IMG/VR virus record: IMGVR_UViG_3300035156_000206
Coordinates: 62,001-126,000 of that record
Reading direction: 5' to 3' (one strand)
Length of the DNA stretch: 64,000 bases
Within the stretch, counting starts at the first letter, position 1; each line of letters begins with the position of its first letter. This document shows positions 8,712 through 17,042 of this stretch, piece by piece. A program made the translations under genes and the position numbers. Under the pieces are notes generated by a model. That model had not been told where the DNA came from, searched no databases, and was given only the letters and a program-made list of their open reading frames with translations.

Positions 8712-9058
8712 CCACACCACTTGACCTACTAGTAGAAGCTCGTGCCTTAATTGCTGAGCGTAAGAACTGGATTTCTGGTGCATACGCTCAGAACGAGCAT
8801 GGCCGTGAAGTGAACCCTCGCAGTGAGCAGGCTTGCAAGTTCTGCTCATTGGGTGCAATCCAGCGAGCCTATGCAAATCGCAACATTGTTGACCCGTCAG
8901 TTGGGCTCTTTGTTGACTACGAAGCGCGTCACGCATTGGAGAAGGTTGTGGGATCCATCGCCTTGTTCAATGACAAGCATGGTCACCCTCAAGTGTTGGC
9001 TGCTTGGGACAAAGCAATTGAATCACTACGATTGGAACAAAATGCAAACGACAGCTGA
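8708..9058 (+). CDS. Hypothetical protein, paralogue 2 of tandem triplet
   Basis: Same motif: W..GAYA..E.G...A.KFC.LGA..FND..GH..VLAAWDKAIE. Confidence 0.8.
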   Translation: MTTPLDLLVEARALIAERKNWISGAYAQNEHGREVNPRSEQACKFCSLGAIQRAYANRNIVDPSVGLFVDYEARHALEKVVGSIALFNDKHGHPQVLAAWDKAIESLRLEQNANDS

Positions 9059-9428
9059 TCTGTTAAGGGCCGCTAAGGCAGAGATCGCAGATGAGACCAA
9101 GTGGACCCAATATACATTGGCTCGTGATTCCAATGGGAACGCACTCGAGATAGCTTGTGACCCAGGAGCCGTGTGTTTTTGCACTTTTGGGGCCATTATG
9201 AAGGTGTCTGGTTACAACGTAGAGCAGGCATATTGGAACCATTCGATACCAGCTTTGGACGAAACGAAGCGTCTGCACATGCTTGTGCAAGCGGTAGAGA
9301 ACCTGCGCGAGTACGCGAAGAAGGAAATGATTGGCGACACCAACGATTCATCTACCCATCCTCAAGTGATGGAATGGTTCGACAAAGCAATTGAACGTGC
9401 AGTACAACGGGAGGCAGAATATGGTTGA
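9042..9428 (+). CDS. Hypothetical protein, paralogue 3 of tandem triplet
   Basis: Same motif: W...LARD..G...A.CFC.FGA..TND..TH..V..WFDKAIE; start reassigned to 9042. Confidence 0.8.
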   Translation: MQTTADLLRAAKAEIADETKWTQYTLARDSNGNALEIACDPGAVCFCTFGAIMKVSGYNVEQAYWNHSIPALDETKRLHMLVQAVENLREYAKKEMIGDTNDSSTHPQVMEWFDKAIERAVQREAEYG

Positions 9429-9747
9429 GTTATCACAGGTCAAGTTCGTCAAGGTGTATGCTGCCCATGGCGATGGTGGTGAACGTGCGCAAGGGCCAAT
9501 TATTGGGTACTTCTCAAGTGCATTCAAGGCATCAAACTACGCACGCAATGCTGGCTTCTATGGCAGTGATGGAGGTACTAGCATTGTGCCAGCAGTGAAC
9601 ATCGATGGCAAGATTTACGTCCTATCACAAGAAGGTGCAATTGACTTAGATGGTGAGCAGGTACAACGCGACGCCAATCTCCGTGCTCAAACCATTGCAT
9701 CGCTCTCAGTTGAGCAGTTGCGCGTTCTTGGGTTGCTACAGCCATGA
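9421..9747 (+). CDS. Hypothetical protein
   Basis: Start after GGAGG at 9421. Confidence 0.7.
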   Translation: MVELSQVKFVKVYAAHGDGGERAQGPIIGYFSSAFKASNYARNAGFYGSDGGTSIVPAVNIDGKIYVLSQEGAIDLDGEQVQRDANLRAQTIASLSVEQLRVLGLLQP

Positions 9748-9950
9748 GCATATTCGAAGTTGCAATCATTTTGTTCATCCTGTGTATCCTTGCCTGTGTT
9801 GGTGTATCAGGGTACCACGAAGTTACCACCCCTCAGCCACCACTGGTGTACGAATGCTACAAGGGATTGACGTACGAAGTCAAACCAAATGGTGTCCGTC
9901 AAATCATCTACGCTGACCGTCGTAGCACTTTTATAACTTGCAAAGGATAA
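9744..9950 (+). CDS. Small bitopic membrane protein with Cys pair
   Basis: N-terminal TM then C.KG..Y...P.G....C. Confidence 0.7.
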   Translation: MSIFEVAIILFILCILACVGVSGYHEVTTPQPPLVYECYKGLTYEVKPNGVRQIIYADRRSTFITCKG

Positions 9951-9953
9951 TAT

Positions 9954-10145
9954 ATGGATAAGTTTATTTACGCAGTGATCGCAGGGCTGATCACATTGAT
10001 GTTTGTTGGGGCATACCTTCAGCATGAAGAAAACAAAGGATCGGTTATGGTTTGCCATAAAGGGTTCCAGTACCTGCAAAACCCAGATGGTGCATTACAT
10101 CTACAGACGGATGAAAATGGCAACAAGGAACGTTGCACTGAGTAG
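9954..10145 (+). CDS. Small bitopic membrane protein with Cys pair, paralogue of 9744-9950
   Basis: TM then CHKGFQY..NPDG..C. Confidence 0.7.
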   Translation: MDKFIYAVIAGLITLMFVGAYLQHEENKGSVMVCHKGFQYLQNPDGALHLQTDENGNKERCTE

Positions 10146-10151
10146 TAACCG

Positions 10152-10197
10152 TTGACTTCAGTTGAATATTATGTTAAGGTGAACATAATATTCAACT
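10152..10197 (+). promoter_or_regulatory. Sigma70-type promoter inside a 16-bp perfect inverted repeat
   Basis: TTGACT-17-TAAGGT; AGTTGAATATTATGTT (10160-75) / AACATAATATTCAACT (10182-97). Confidence 0.7.
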
Positions 10198-10209
10198 ACA
10201 AGGGTAATC

Positions 10210-11346
10210 ATGTCAATGCATCAAGGCTACGTGTGGGATCTCGAAGTACCGCGCCGGATCGGCGATGCCAAGGTGTACATTGTTGGTGGATGGGTCCGAG
10301 ACAAGTTCATGGGTTGTCCATCACAGGACAAGGACTTCCTGGTCGTGGGTGGCACTCATGAACTGATGATCGAGCATGGTTACAAGCAAGTTGGTTTGGA
10401 CTTTCCTGTATACTTGCATCCAGAATCCGGTGATGAGTACGCACTCGCTCGCACTGAACGCAAGACTGGGCCCGGTTACGGTGGCTTCAGTACTGACAGC
10501 TCCCCTACTATTACAGTAGAAGAAGATCTGATGCGCCGTGACTTGACGATCAATGCGATGGCATTGGACCTCGAGACGGGTGAACTTATCGATCCGTGTG
10601 GTGGCCGCCACGACATGAACCGGACGTTCTTGCGCCACACAAGTGATGCATTCATGGAAGATCCAGTTCGCATCCTCCGTACGGCACGATTCGCTGCCCG
10701 CTACAACTTCAACGTTCACAAAACAACTAACGACTTCATGCGTGGCATGGTACTTGCGGGTGCCATGAACGAATTGGAGCCACATCGCGTATGGGCGGAA
10801 ATGTCACGCGGCCTGATGGAACGCAACCCACGCCAACTGTTTCAAGTCCTCGATGACTGTGAAGCACTGCGGGCAATGGAGCATCCGTGGGTTGGTGGCG
10901 TATACGCATCTGGCATCTGGATGACTGGTTACCCACTCAGCCCTCTTACCCTCCCTCAACGGTTCGCATTGATCTCCGAGCACTTCAGCCCAGAAGACTT
11001 GAAGAAGGCCCGTATTCCTACAGATTGCGCGCGGTTGAGTACAATCCTGCACGAATGGAAACACAGCGTTCCATTATATGATCAGGCAACTTCAGACACC
11101 AAGTTGAGGATGTTGGCCGGAGTAGGAGCAATTGGCAAAGATCGTGCCACTGATTTGTTCCCAAGATTCATCAGCACATTCTTGGCATGGGGTGATACAC
11201 GGTTTGATCAATTTCGTATTCCACAGATTGATCGCATGCAAACCCATGCCAATCACATTAACCTCCTTGTGCCACCAGCAGATCTCCCAGTTAAGCGGAT
11301 CCCTGAGTGGATGCTCACATCAAAGCGGGAGATTGTTCGTGGATGA
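10210..11346 (+). CDS. cca: tRNA nucleotidyltransferase (CCA-adding enzyme), no HD domain
   Basis: VGGWVRD, DKDF, DLMRRDLTINAMA, EDPVRILRTARFAAR. Confidence 0.93.
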   Translation: MSMHQGYVWDLEVPRRIGDAKVYIVGGWVRDKFMGCPSQDKDFLVVGGTHELMIEHGYKQVGLDFPVYLHPESGDEYALARTERKTGPGYGGFSTDSSPTITVEEDLMRRDLTINAMALDLETGELIDPCGGRHDMNRTFLRHTSDAFMEDPVRILRTARFAARYNFNVHKTTNDFMRGMVLAGAMNELEPHRVWAEMSRGLMERNPRQLFQVLDDCEALRAMEHPWVGGVYASGIWMTGYPLSPLTLPQRFALISEHFSPEDLKKARIPTDCARLSTILHEWKHSVPLYDQATSDTKLRMLAGVGAIGKDRATDLFPRFISTFLAWGDTRFDQFRIPQIDRMQTHANHINLLVPPADLPVKRIPEWMLTSKREIVRG

Positions 11347-11728
11347 TCCATTTGTCATTTACAAAGAGTGGCCGATTGATACAATCAAGGATGCTCTGGA
11401 AGACTTCAAGCGCCAGATGTACAGTGGTGCTACATCCTCCGAGCTCCGCGCAGGCATGCAGTGCTTTGACTTCCTGACTCGGCGCACAGATTTGCCAAGG
11501 CTGGTAATGATCATGATCGGTGCTGCAATGGATGAAGCCGAGATGCGGATCACGGTGATGGATGAAGTCGATTCCATGGCAATTGACCAGGAAGAAGCAC
11601 GGCAAGCACTCATCATGAGCATCAAGATAATGGACATGACGATGAAGCGCGTGATGGATCATGCCCGCAATATGTCTGAGGAGAACCTCAGAGCAGCCGT
11701 AAAACGCAGGGCAGAATTCTATGGATGA
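11339..11728 (+). CDS. Hypothetical protein, paralogue A
   Basis: Likely GTG start at 11339; DDP..YK.WP..T...A..DFKRQMY..A...ELRAG..CFDF.T.R.DLP shared with next gene. Confidence 0.75.
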   Translation: MDDPFVIYKEWPIDTIKDALEDFKRQMYSGATSSELRAGMQCFDFLTRRTDLPRLVMIMIGAAMDEAEMRITVMDEVDSMAIDQEEARQALIMSIKIMDMTMKRVMDHARNMSEENLRAAVKRRAEFYG

Positions 11729-12134
11729 CAATCCTCTCCAGGTATACAAGGCTTGGCCAGAATCGACTGTGCGGGAGGCGTTTGATGAATTCAAACGCCA
11801 GATGTACGACGATGCTGGTCAGGAAGAGTTGAGAGCAGGTATTATGTGCTTCGACTTCATTACCAAGCGCAGTGACCTTCCCGAGCAGTTAATCGAGTCG
11901 ATCGAATACAGCATGATGGAAGCCCGGTGGCGCATTTCATTGCTGGACGATTACGATGCCGATCAACGGCAGAAGGTATCGACGGAGGAAACAATTGACC
12001 GTGCCATTGAGGTCATGGCCCACATGAAAAGGAGCATACAAGGTTTACGCACTGTGATCACTATGCATGCTCCAGACGACCCATTGGGATATATCCGCAG
12101 AATGAACCGTGAACGCCAAAATAAAGCCTCCTAG
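11721..12134 (+). CDS. Hypothetical protein, paralogue B
   Basis: Strong N-terminal similarity to 11339-11728. Confidence 0.8.
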   Translation: MDDNPLQVYKAWPESTVREAFDEFKRQMYDDAGQEELRAGIMCFDFITKRSDLPEQLIESIEYSMMEARWRISLLDDYDADQRQKVSTEETIDRAIEVMAHMKRSIQGLRTVITMHAPDDPLGYIRRMNRERQNKAS

Positions 12135-12150
12135 TGAGGCTTTTCTTTTT
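12123..12150 (+). terminator. Rho-independent terminator
   Basis: AAAGCCTC-CTAGT-GAGGCTTT plus T tract. Confidence 0.85.
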
Positions 12151-12169
12151 CTACTTGTTGAAATAATTG

Positions 12170-12197
12170 TTGACTTCATGGGAAAAAGCCGTATAAT
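12170..12197 (+). promoter_or_regulatory. Sigma70-type early promoter
   Basis: TTGACT-16-TATAAT. Confidence 0.8.
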
Positions 12198-12228
12198 GAT
12201 CTTATTGATTAAATATTGAACGGATTTA

Positions 12229-12864
12229 ATGATGGAGTTAGCGTTAACACCTGCTCAGTTGCATGCCAAGCACAAGAATACGCTGTACTGGCAGCTTCAT
12301 GGACTCAAAATGTACCGAGCTCTGGATGCGTTCCACTTTGTTGAAACTCGGATGGCTGGTTCATTCCGAAAAGACGGTGTTACTCCATCGTTCTTCCACC
12401 AGGTAAGCCAGTGCTTACGGGCGTTTACTCTCCGCAAGGTAATCGACTTCGAAGGTCTGATCTGCACCATTTTGCTGCACGATGACCTGGAAGACTACGA
12501 TACTGACTTCGACTGGTTCAAAATGAAATTTGGCCAGGACATCTACGACTCGGTGTGGCCGATGTCAAAAACGTACATGGGATTCGTAAAAGATCCACAG
12601 CAAGTGTTCTGGGAGATTGGCAACAACCATAATTCCTCACTTGCTAAGATGTTGGACCGGGCTGACAACTTCTCCACCATGAATGGTGTATTCAGCCCGG
12701 CCAAGCAAGTCGAGTACATTGACGAAGGCGTACATCTGTTCTTGCCGATGTCGAAACGTGCTCGAAAGAAGTTCCCGCAGCAAATCTACGCGCATATTGG
12801 CGTGGAAGGGTTTTTGAAGTCGCAGATCCAACTGCTTAAAATAATCAACAATATTACCAACTGA
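12229..12864 (+). CDS. HD-domain hydrolase, RelA/SpoT hydrolase-like
   Basis: RKDG.TP..FH, ILLHDDLED, KMLDRADN pattern. Confidence 0.8.
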   Translation: MMELALTPAQLHAKHKNTLYWQLHGLKMYRALDAFHFVETRMAGSFRKDGVTPSFFHQVSQCLRAFTLRKVIDFEGLICTILLHDDLEDYDTDFDWFKMKFGQDIYDSVWPMSKTYMGFVKDPQQVFWEIGNNHNSSLAKMLDRADNFSTMNGVFSPAKQVEYIDEGVHLFLPMSKRARKKFPQQIYAHIGVEGFLKSQIQLLKIINNITN

Positions 12865-12875
12865 AGGAAAGCGCC

Positions 12876-13205
12876 ATGACTACCAATTCCGTATCCAACA
12901 TCGCCCGCGGTTCCAATGTACCTGTGCTGAAGCAGTCACCAGCGCCAGTCAAATTCGATCCGGACAACAAGGCTCACCGGATGGCTTTCGCCAAATTCCT
13001 GGCAACTGGCAAATGGGAACAAGGCGCTCTCCGCTTCGAGACCGAATGGCCGCACACCAGCGCCATCACCACGATCCACACCAGCCTGGTCAAATGGGCT
13101 CTCCGCAAAGAGACCTCGAAGATTGAAGGCGAAAAGGCTGTTGCGACGATGAAGATCGTGCCAAAGACGATGGTTAAGCAGGCACAGCCAGAAATGGTCA
13201 ACTAA
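12876..13205 (+). CDS. Hypothetical protein
   Basis: SD AAGGA; strong C-ending codon bias. Confidence 0.8.
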   Translation: MTTNSVSNIARGSNVPVLKQSPAPVKFDPDNKAHRMAFAKFLATGKWEQGALRFETEWPHTSAITTIHTSLVKWALRKETSKIEGEKAVATMKIVPKTMVKQAQPEMVN

Positions 13206-13207
13206 CC

Positions 13208-13450
13208 ATGAAGGTCACCAAAACAGTGGCCCATGAGCTGACACCGGAGGAGATTGAGTCCATCCTGTGCCAGCACCTGAAGCTTGACCCAAAAGAAATC
13301 ACCTTCAAATATGTGCTGCATGACGTCAGTGACAATGATTCTCGGTTTCCACAAATGGAAGTGAAGCATTTGACGATGACCCACACATTTGTGCGAGAAG
13401 TACCTGATGGAACTTCAATGGCGCGCATCATCGCCAAATTTGGCGAATAG
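13208..13450 (+). CDS. Hypothetical protein
   Basis: Operon context. Confidence 0.7.
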   Translation: MKVTKTVAHELTPEEIESILCQHLKLDPKEITFKYVLHDVSDNDSRFPQMEVKHLTMTHTFVREVPDGTSMARIIAKFGE

Positions 13451-13458
13451 GGCATACC

Positions 13459-13728
13459 ATGCTGATGTCAGTTGCAGAGATACAAGTAGCATCTGAGCCT
13501 TACAATGAGTGCATCGACAGCACTCAAGGTGAGCGACATGACCTCGCCATGGGTACTACTCGGGAAGAACATTTTGGTTGGTTCTGTCAAGAGTGCTACC
13601 GACGGTACCATACGGACAACGACATTATGGTTCAGTACCAAGGCAGTAACACCTTTGTGTGTTGGGACCAGAATGGTAACATCCACGCCATTCTCGATTT
13701 TGATGCATTTGTAGCAAATTTTGGATAA
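13459..13728 (+). CDS. Hypothetical protein
   Basis: Operon context; C..S and CQEC. Confidence 0.65.
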   Translation: MLMSVAEIQVASEPYNECIDSTQGERHDLAMGTTREEHFGWFCQECYRRYHTDNDIMVQYQGSNTFVCWDQNGNIHAILDFDAFVANFG

Positions 13729-13740
13729 CAGGAGCAGTAA

Positions 13741-14469
13741 GTGATTCGTTTGTTAGCACTCCCCTTGGCAGTCGCGTTGGTTGCCCCAGCTCAGGCACAG
13801 TCTTTTGACAAGTGCAAGAAGTTCTTCATCAATGGCTATGTGACGGATTTCGTCAAGCCTCCTCATGGTCAGCTCAAAGACCTGTGCTTCGATTCATTCG
13901 CAGTACTCTATTCAGGCCAAACCAAGACAGCAGTGTTCGTTGTTGAGCGCCTCAACAAGGCTCAACTCGAAGACGCTTCGGACGAAGAGCGATCCAACAA
14001 GTTCTATGAAGAAGCCCGTTTGCCATCTGCATACCGGGCTACCCTTGCTGACTACAAGGGACAAGCTGGCGAACAGATGTACGACCGTGGCCACATGGCT
14101 CCAGCGGGCGATATGCCGAATGTGCAATCCATGGCTCAGAGCTTTTCCTTGGCCAACATGGTGCCACAAGCGTCGAAAAACAATCGTGGCCCATGGCGCA
14201 GCCGTGTCGAAATGGCAACGCGCAAGTATGTGATGCGCGCCAAAGGTGATGTGATCGTCTTCACTGGTCCTGTATTCGAAACGGTACAGACTCTTGGTCC
14301 AAACAAAGTGTGGATCCCAACGCACCTGTTCAAACTGGTGTATGATGTTGAAACAGGACGCTCGTGGGCACATTGGATTGAAAATACCAACGCCGCAAAG
14401 GCTGGTCCTCCAATTACTCACGAGGAACTGATGAAACGTACAGGCATTCGGTTCATTCCACAAGAATAA
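13741..14469 (+). CDS. Secreted DNA/RNA non-specific endonuclease (NucA/EndoG family)
   Basis: Signal peptide MIRLLALPLAVALVAPAQA; DRGHMAP active site; SFSLANMVPQ..NNRG.W. Confidence 0.92.
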   Translation: MIRLLALPLAVALVAPAQAQSFDKCKKFFINGYVTDFVKPPHGQLKDLCFDSFAVLYSGQTKTAVFVVERLNKAQLEDASDEERSNKFYEEARLPSAYRATLADYKGQAGEQMYDRGHMAPAGDMPNVQSMAQSFSLANMVPQASKNNRGPWRSRVEMATRKYVMRAKGDVIVFTGPVFETVQTLGPNKVWIPTHLFKLVYDVETGRSWAHWIENTNAAKAGPPITHEELMKRTGIRFIPQE

Positions 14470-14473
14470 CTCG

Positions 14474-14501
14474 TTGACTTCTTTGTGCAAAGCAGTATAA
14501 T
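14474..14501 (+). promoter_or_regulatory. Sigma70-type early promoter
   Basis: TTGACT-16-TATAAT. Confidence 0.8.
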
Positions 14502-14549
14502 CTTTACATGCCGCACGACGGCAAAATCCTTTACAACAGAAAGAACACA

Positions 14550-15245
14550 ATGAATTCATTCAAGACCAAGAATACAGTACTGTTCGCCGCCGTGCTGGCA
14601 GCGATGGTTTCAGGCTGTAGCGATCCGAAGCCGCCAGTCCAACCGATGCAACCGCAAGTTGCCATGGTACAGCAGTGCGGCCAGAATACCCAGACCGGCC
14701 AAACGGAATGCATCATGGTTCCAGCTCAAGGGCAATATCAGCAAGGCCAGTACCCGCAACAAGCACAACAAAACAACGGCATGGGTGTTGGTACCGTACT
14801 CGGTGCAGCAGCTCTCGGTGGCGCGGCGGGTTACTACGCTGGCAAGAACAGCGGCCAATCGCAACCACAATATCAACAGCCGAATGGTATCAATTCGCCA
14901 TCGACTGGCTTGCGTTACCGCAGCGACCAACAAACGCGTAGCAACTTCGTTCCAGGTCCTGGTCCAATTGGCACCCAATATCGTCAGGTTGGTCAGCCAG
15001 CAGTTCCAGTAGCGCCGGCATTCAAGCCACAAGCTGCCGCAGTGCAAGGTACCGTGAAGCCGATGTCGATTCCACCTTCCGCAGCGCGCCCAACGTTTGC
15101 GCAACCGGCGGCCGTTCGTCCAGCCTTCACTTCGGCGCCTGCTCGCACGTCGTCGTTCTCGGCTCCACCGGCCCGTTCGACTTTCACCCCAACGCGTTCA
15201 GCTCCGCGCTCGACGTTCTCGTCATCTTCCGCACGTAAGCGTTAA
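14550..15245 (+). CDS. Lipoprotein with Gln/Pro-rich and Ser/Arg-rich low-complexity regions
   Basis: Lipobox VSGC after hydrophobic segment; glycine-zipper-like GVGTVLGAAALGGAAGY. Confidence 0.8.
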   Translation: MNSFKTKNTVLFAAVLAAMVSGCSDPKPPVQPMQPQVAMVQQCGQNTQTGQTECIMVPAQGQYQQGQYPQQAQQNNGMGVGTVLGAAALGGAAGYYAGKNSGQSQPQYQQPNGINSPSTGLRYRSDQQTRSNFVPGPGPIGTQYRQVGQPAVPVAPAFKPQAAAVQGTVKPMSIPPSAARPTFAQPAAVRPAFTSAPARTSSFSAPPARSTFTPTRSAPRSTFSSSSARKR

Positions 15246-15248
15246 GCC

Positions 15249-15890
15249 ATGAGCAAAGCATGCCACATTTGCGGACACGCCGAAGGTCAACTTGGCAGTG
15301 TGTTCTGTTCGTCTGGCATGCATTTGCCAGCCCAATCTGCCTACCCTGGTATGATCATCGTGCCTGAAGTAAAGCCAGCATTGAAGCGCGCCAAACGGCG
15401 GTCTGACTTGTGCGATGCCGACTACGCCATCTTCTTTGACATTGATGGCTGCTTCCATCCCCAAGGCGCCCCAAAATGGGCTCGTGATGGTGACCTGTTG
15501 CCAACAAGTGACCCACTCTTCATCTGGGCAGAGGCATTCGAGGAGATCATCAAGCCGTACCACAACGTTCCGTTGATCTGTCACAGCATGTGGCGGATGA
15601 TCACAACGCAGGGTGTCCTGTATCGTGCATTACCACCTGTGATGCAGTCCCGTTATTTGGATTGCACCAGCGGCAATGATCGTTACGGCTCGATCCAAAG
15701 CTTTGCCGAGGCGTTCGGGTTCAAGAAGTACATCATCATTGACGACGATGCAAGCGAGTTCCCAAAGAAGCTGGACAACTTCGTTGAATGCAATTCCCAC
15801 ACAGGGATGTCCTGTTCGACGGCACAAGCATCGCTTCGCCACAAACTGCTCACTCTGTTCGGCCCGCCCCCGCCGCCAGAAGAGGACTAA
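15249..15890 (+). CDS. HAD-superfamily phosphatase (RNA-repair HAD-like) with N-terminal Zn finger
   Basis: FFDIDGCFH, HS.WR, YIIIDDD; N-terminal CHICGH..C...H. Confidence 0.75.
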   Translation: MSKACHICGHAEGQLGSVFCSSGMHLPAQSAYPGMIIVPEVKPALKRAKRRSDLCDADYAIFFDIDGCFHPQGAPKWARDGDLLPTSDPLFIWAEAFEEIIKPYHNVPLICHSMWRMITTQGVLYRALPPVMQSRYLDCTSGNDRYGSIQSFAEAFGFKKYIIIDDDASEFPKKLDNFVECNSHTGMSCSTAQASLRHKLLTLFGPPPPPEED

Positions 15891-15903
15891 ATAGTCCACA
15901 ATT

Positions 15904-15990
15904 GCGACTTGTCCCGGTACCAGCCTTCTAAGCTGATGACGTTAAATAACTGGAAGGAGTCCAGAGGTTCAATTCCTCCAGGTCGCACCA
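15904..15990 (+). tRNA. Atypical D-armless tRNA-Arg(UCU)-like RNA
   Basis: Acceptor GCGACTT/AGGTCGC, discriminator A plus encoded CCA; anticodon arm CAGC-CTTCTAA-GCTG; T arm GAGG-TTCAATT-CCTC; only 10 nt where the D arm should be; 27-nt variable region. Confidence 0.75.
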
Positions 15991-16015
15991 CTCATTTCTC
16001 AAATCGGATATCTAA

Positions 16016-16468
16016 ATGCGCCTGTATTGCTTCTCCCTAACTCAACTCAAACAACTGCACCAAGGTGTGCAGAACACACACTCATCTGTCGAGCTGTTCG
16101 TCAAGTACACAAACCGTGAACAGCCGCAGCAAATGTATGACATGTTATACGACTGGGCCGTTAACCACAAAACCGCAATCTTCCTAGATGGTGGCTTTGC
16201 TTTCAATCTGGTTAACCTGCGCGATGCATTAGCGGACAGCCCATATCCATGGGCTCCGTTCCATGAAGACGAAGCGACGCTGTATGGCATCATGACGTCC
16301 ATCAGCATCGTCTTGCCAGAACGGATCTACAAAGCTGCTGAATTCGTTCGGGGCGGTGGAACACTGATGTTATCTACATCAGGGAAGGTATTCTTCGACG
16401 GTAGTGTTCTGACGCAATGGGACATCAAGTTCATCGAACTGCTGAACACATTCCGCATGGCCGTGTAA
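16016..16468 (+). CDS. Possible PTH2-fold protein
   Basis: QGVQNTH, W...HKT.I.L.GG, F.ED..L....T..SIVLP resemble the peptidyl-tRNA hydrolase 2 layout. Confidence 0.45.
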   Translation: MRLYCFSLTQLKQLHQGVQNTHSSVELFVKYTNREQPQQMYDMLYDWAVNHKTAIFLDGGFAFNLVNLRDALADSPYPWAPFHEDEATLYGIMTSISIVLPERIYKAAEFVRGGGTLMLSTSGKVFFDGSVLTQWDIKFIELLNTFRMAV

Positions 16469-16971
16469 TGTCTATTCGCTATGTTGCAGGGATAGGTGCA
16501 CGTGATGCACCTTTTCCCATATTGCAGAAGATGATTCGTATTGGCACAGAACTGGCTAATGATGGATGGCATTTGCGATCGGGTGGAGCCAAAGGTGCTG
16601 ATAGTGCTTTTGAGAAGGGTTGGACGCTTTCCAATTTCCCCAACAACAAGCAGATCTTTCTTCCCTGGAAAGGGTATAACGGCAATTCTAGTGCATTGAT
16701 ATACGCACCTCAGTCCGCTTATGATCTGATTGACAGCATGTGGGATGATGTTAAAGATCGTCCATCTGATACACGCGATTACTTCGCCCGCAACTGCCAA
16801 CAAATTCTTGGTCCCAATTTGGATGAGCCTTCTGATCTCGTGATCTGTTGGACCAAAGGTGGGAAAGTAGTTCGTGGTACTGGCAGGGCAATGCAAGTGG
16901 CCATGAAGTACGACATTCCCATTGTCAACCTGGCTGTAGAAGACTTCAATCCTACATTGTTCGGCTTCTAA
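16468..16971 (+). CDS. SLOG/DprA-like nucleotide-binding protein
   Basis: AGIGAR, LRSGGAKGAD.AFE.G, IFLPW, ARNCQQILG, ICWT..G...GT..A. Confidence 0.8.
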   Translation: MSIRYVAGIGARDAPFPILQKMIRIGTELANDGWHLRSGGAKGADSAFEKGWTLSNFPNNKQIFLPWKGYNGNSSALIYAPQSAYDLIDSMWDDVKDRPSDTRDYFARNCQQILGPNLDEPSDLVICWTKGGKVVRGTGRAMQVAMKYDIPIVNLAVEDFNPTLFGF

Positions 16972-17042
16972 AAAATTGTTGCTGTTCTGTTTGTGTTCCT
17001 GTACGATGTGTTCTTGTTCGAAACACACCAACAGGAATACAA

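Noticed and set aside
11132-11338. N-terminal extension of the ORF called 11132-11728
   Set aside because: Overlaps cca out of frame; homology to the paralogue begins at GTG 11339
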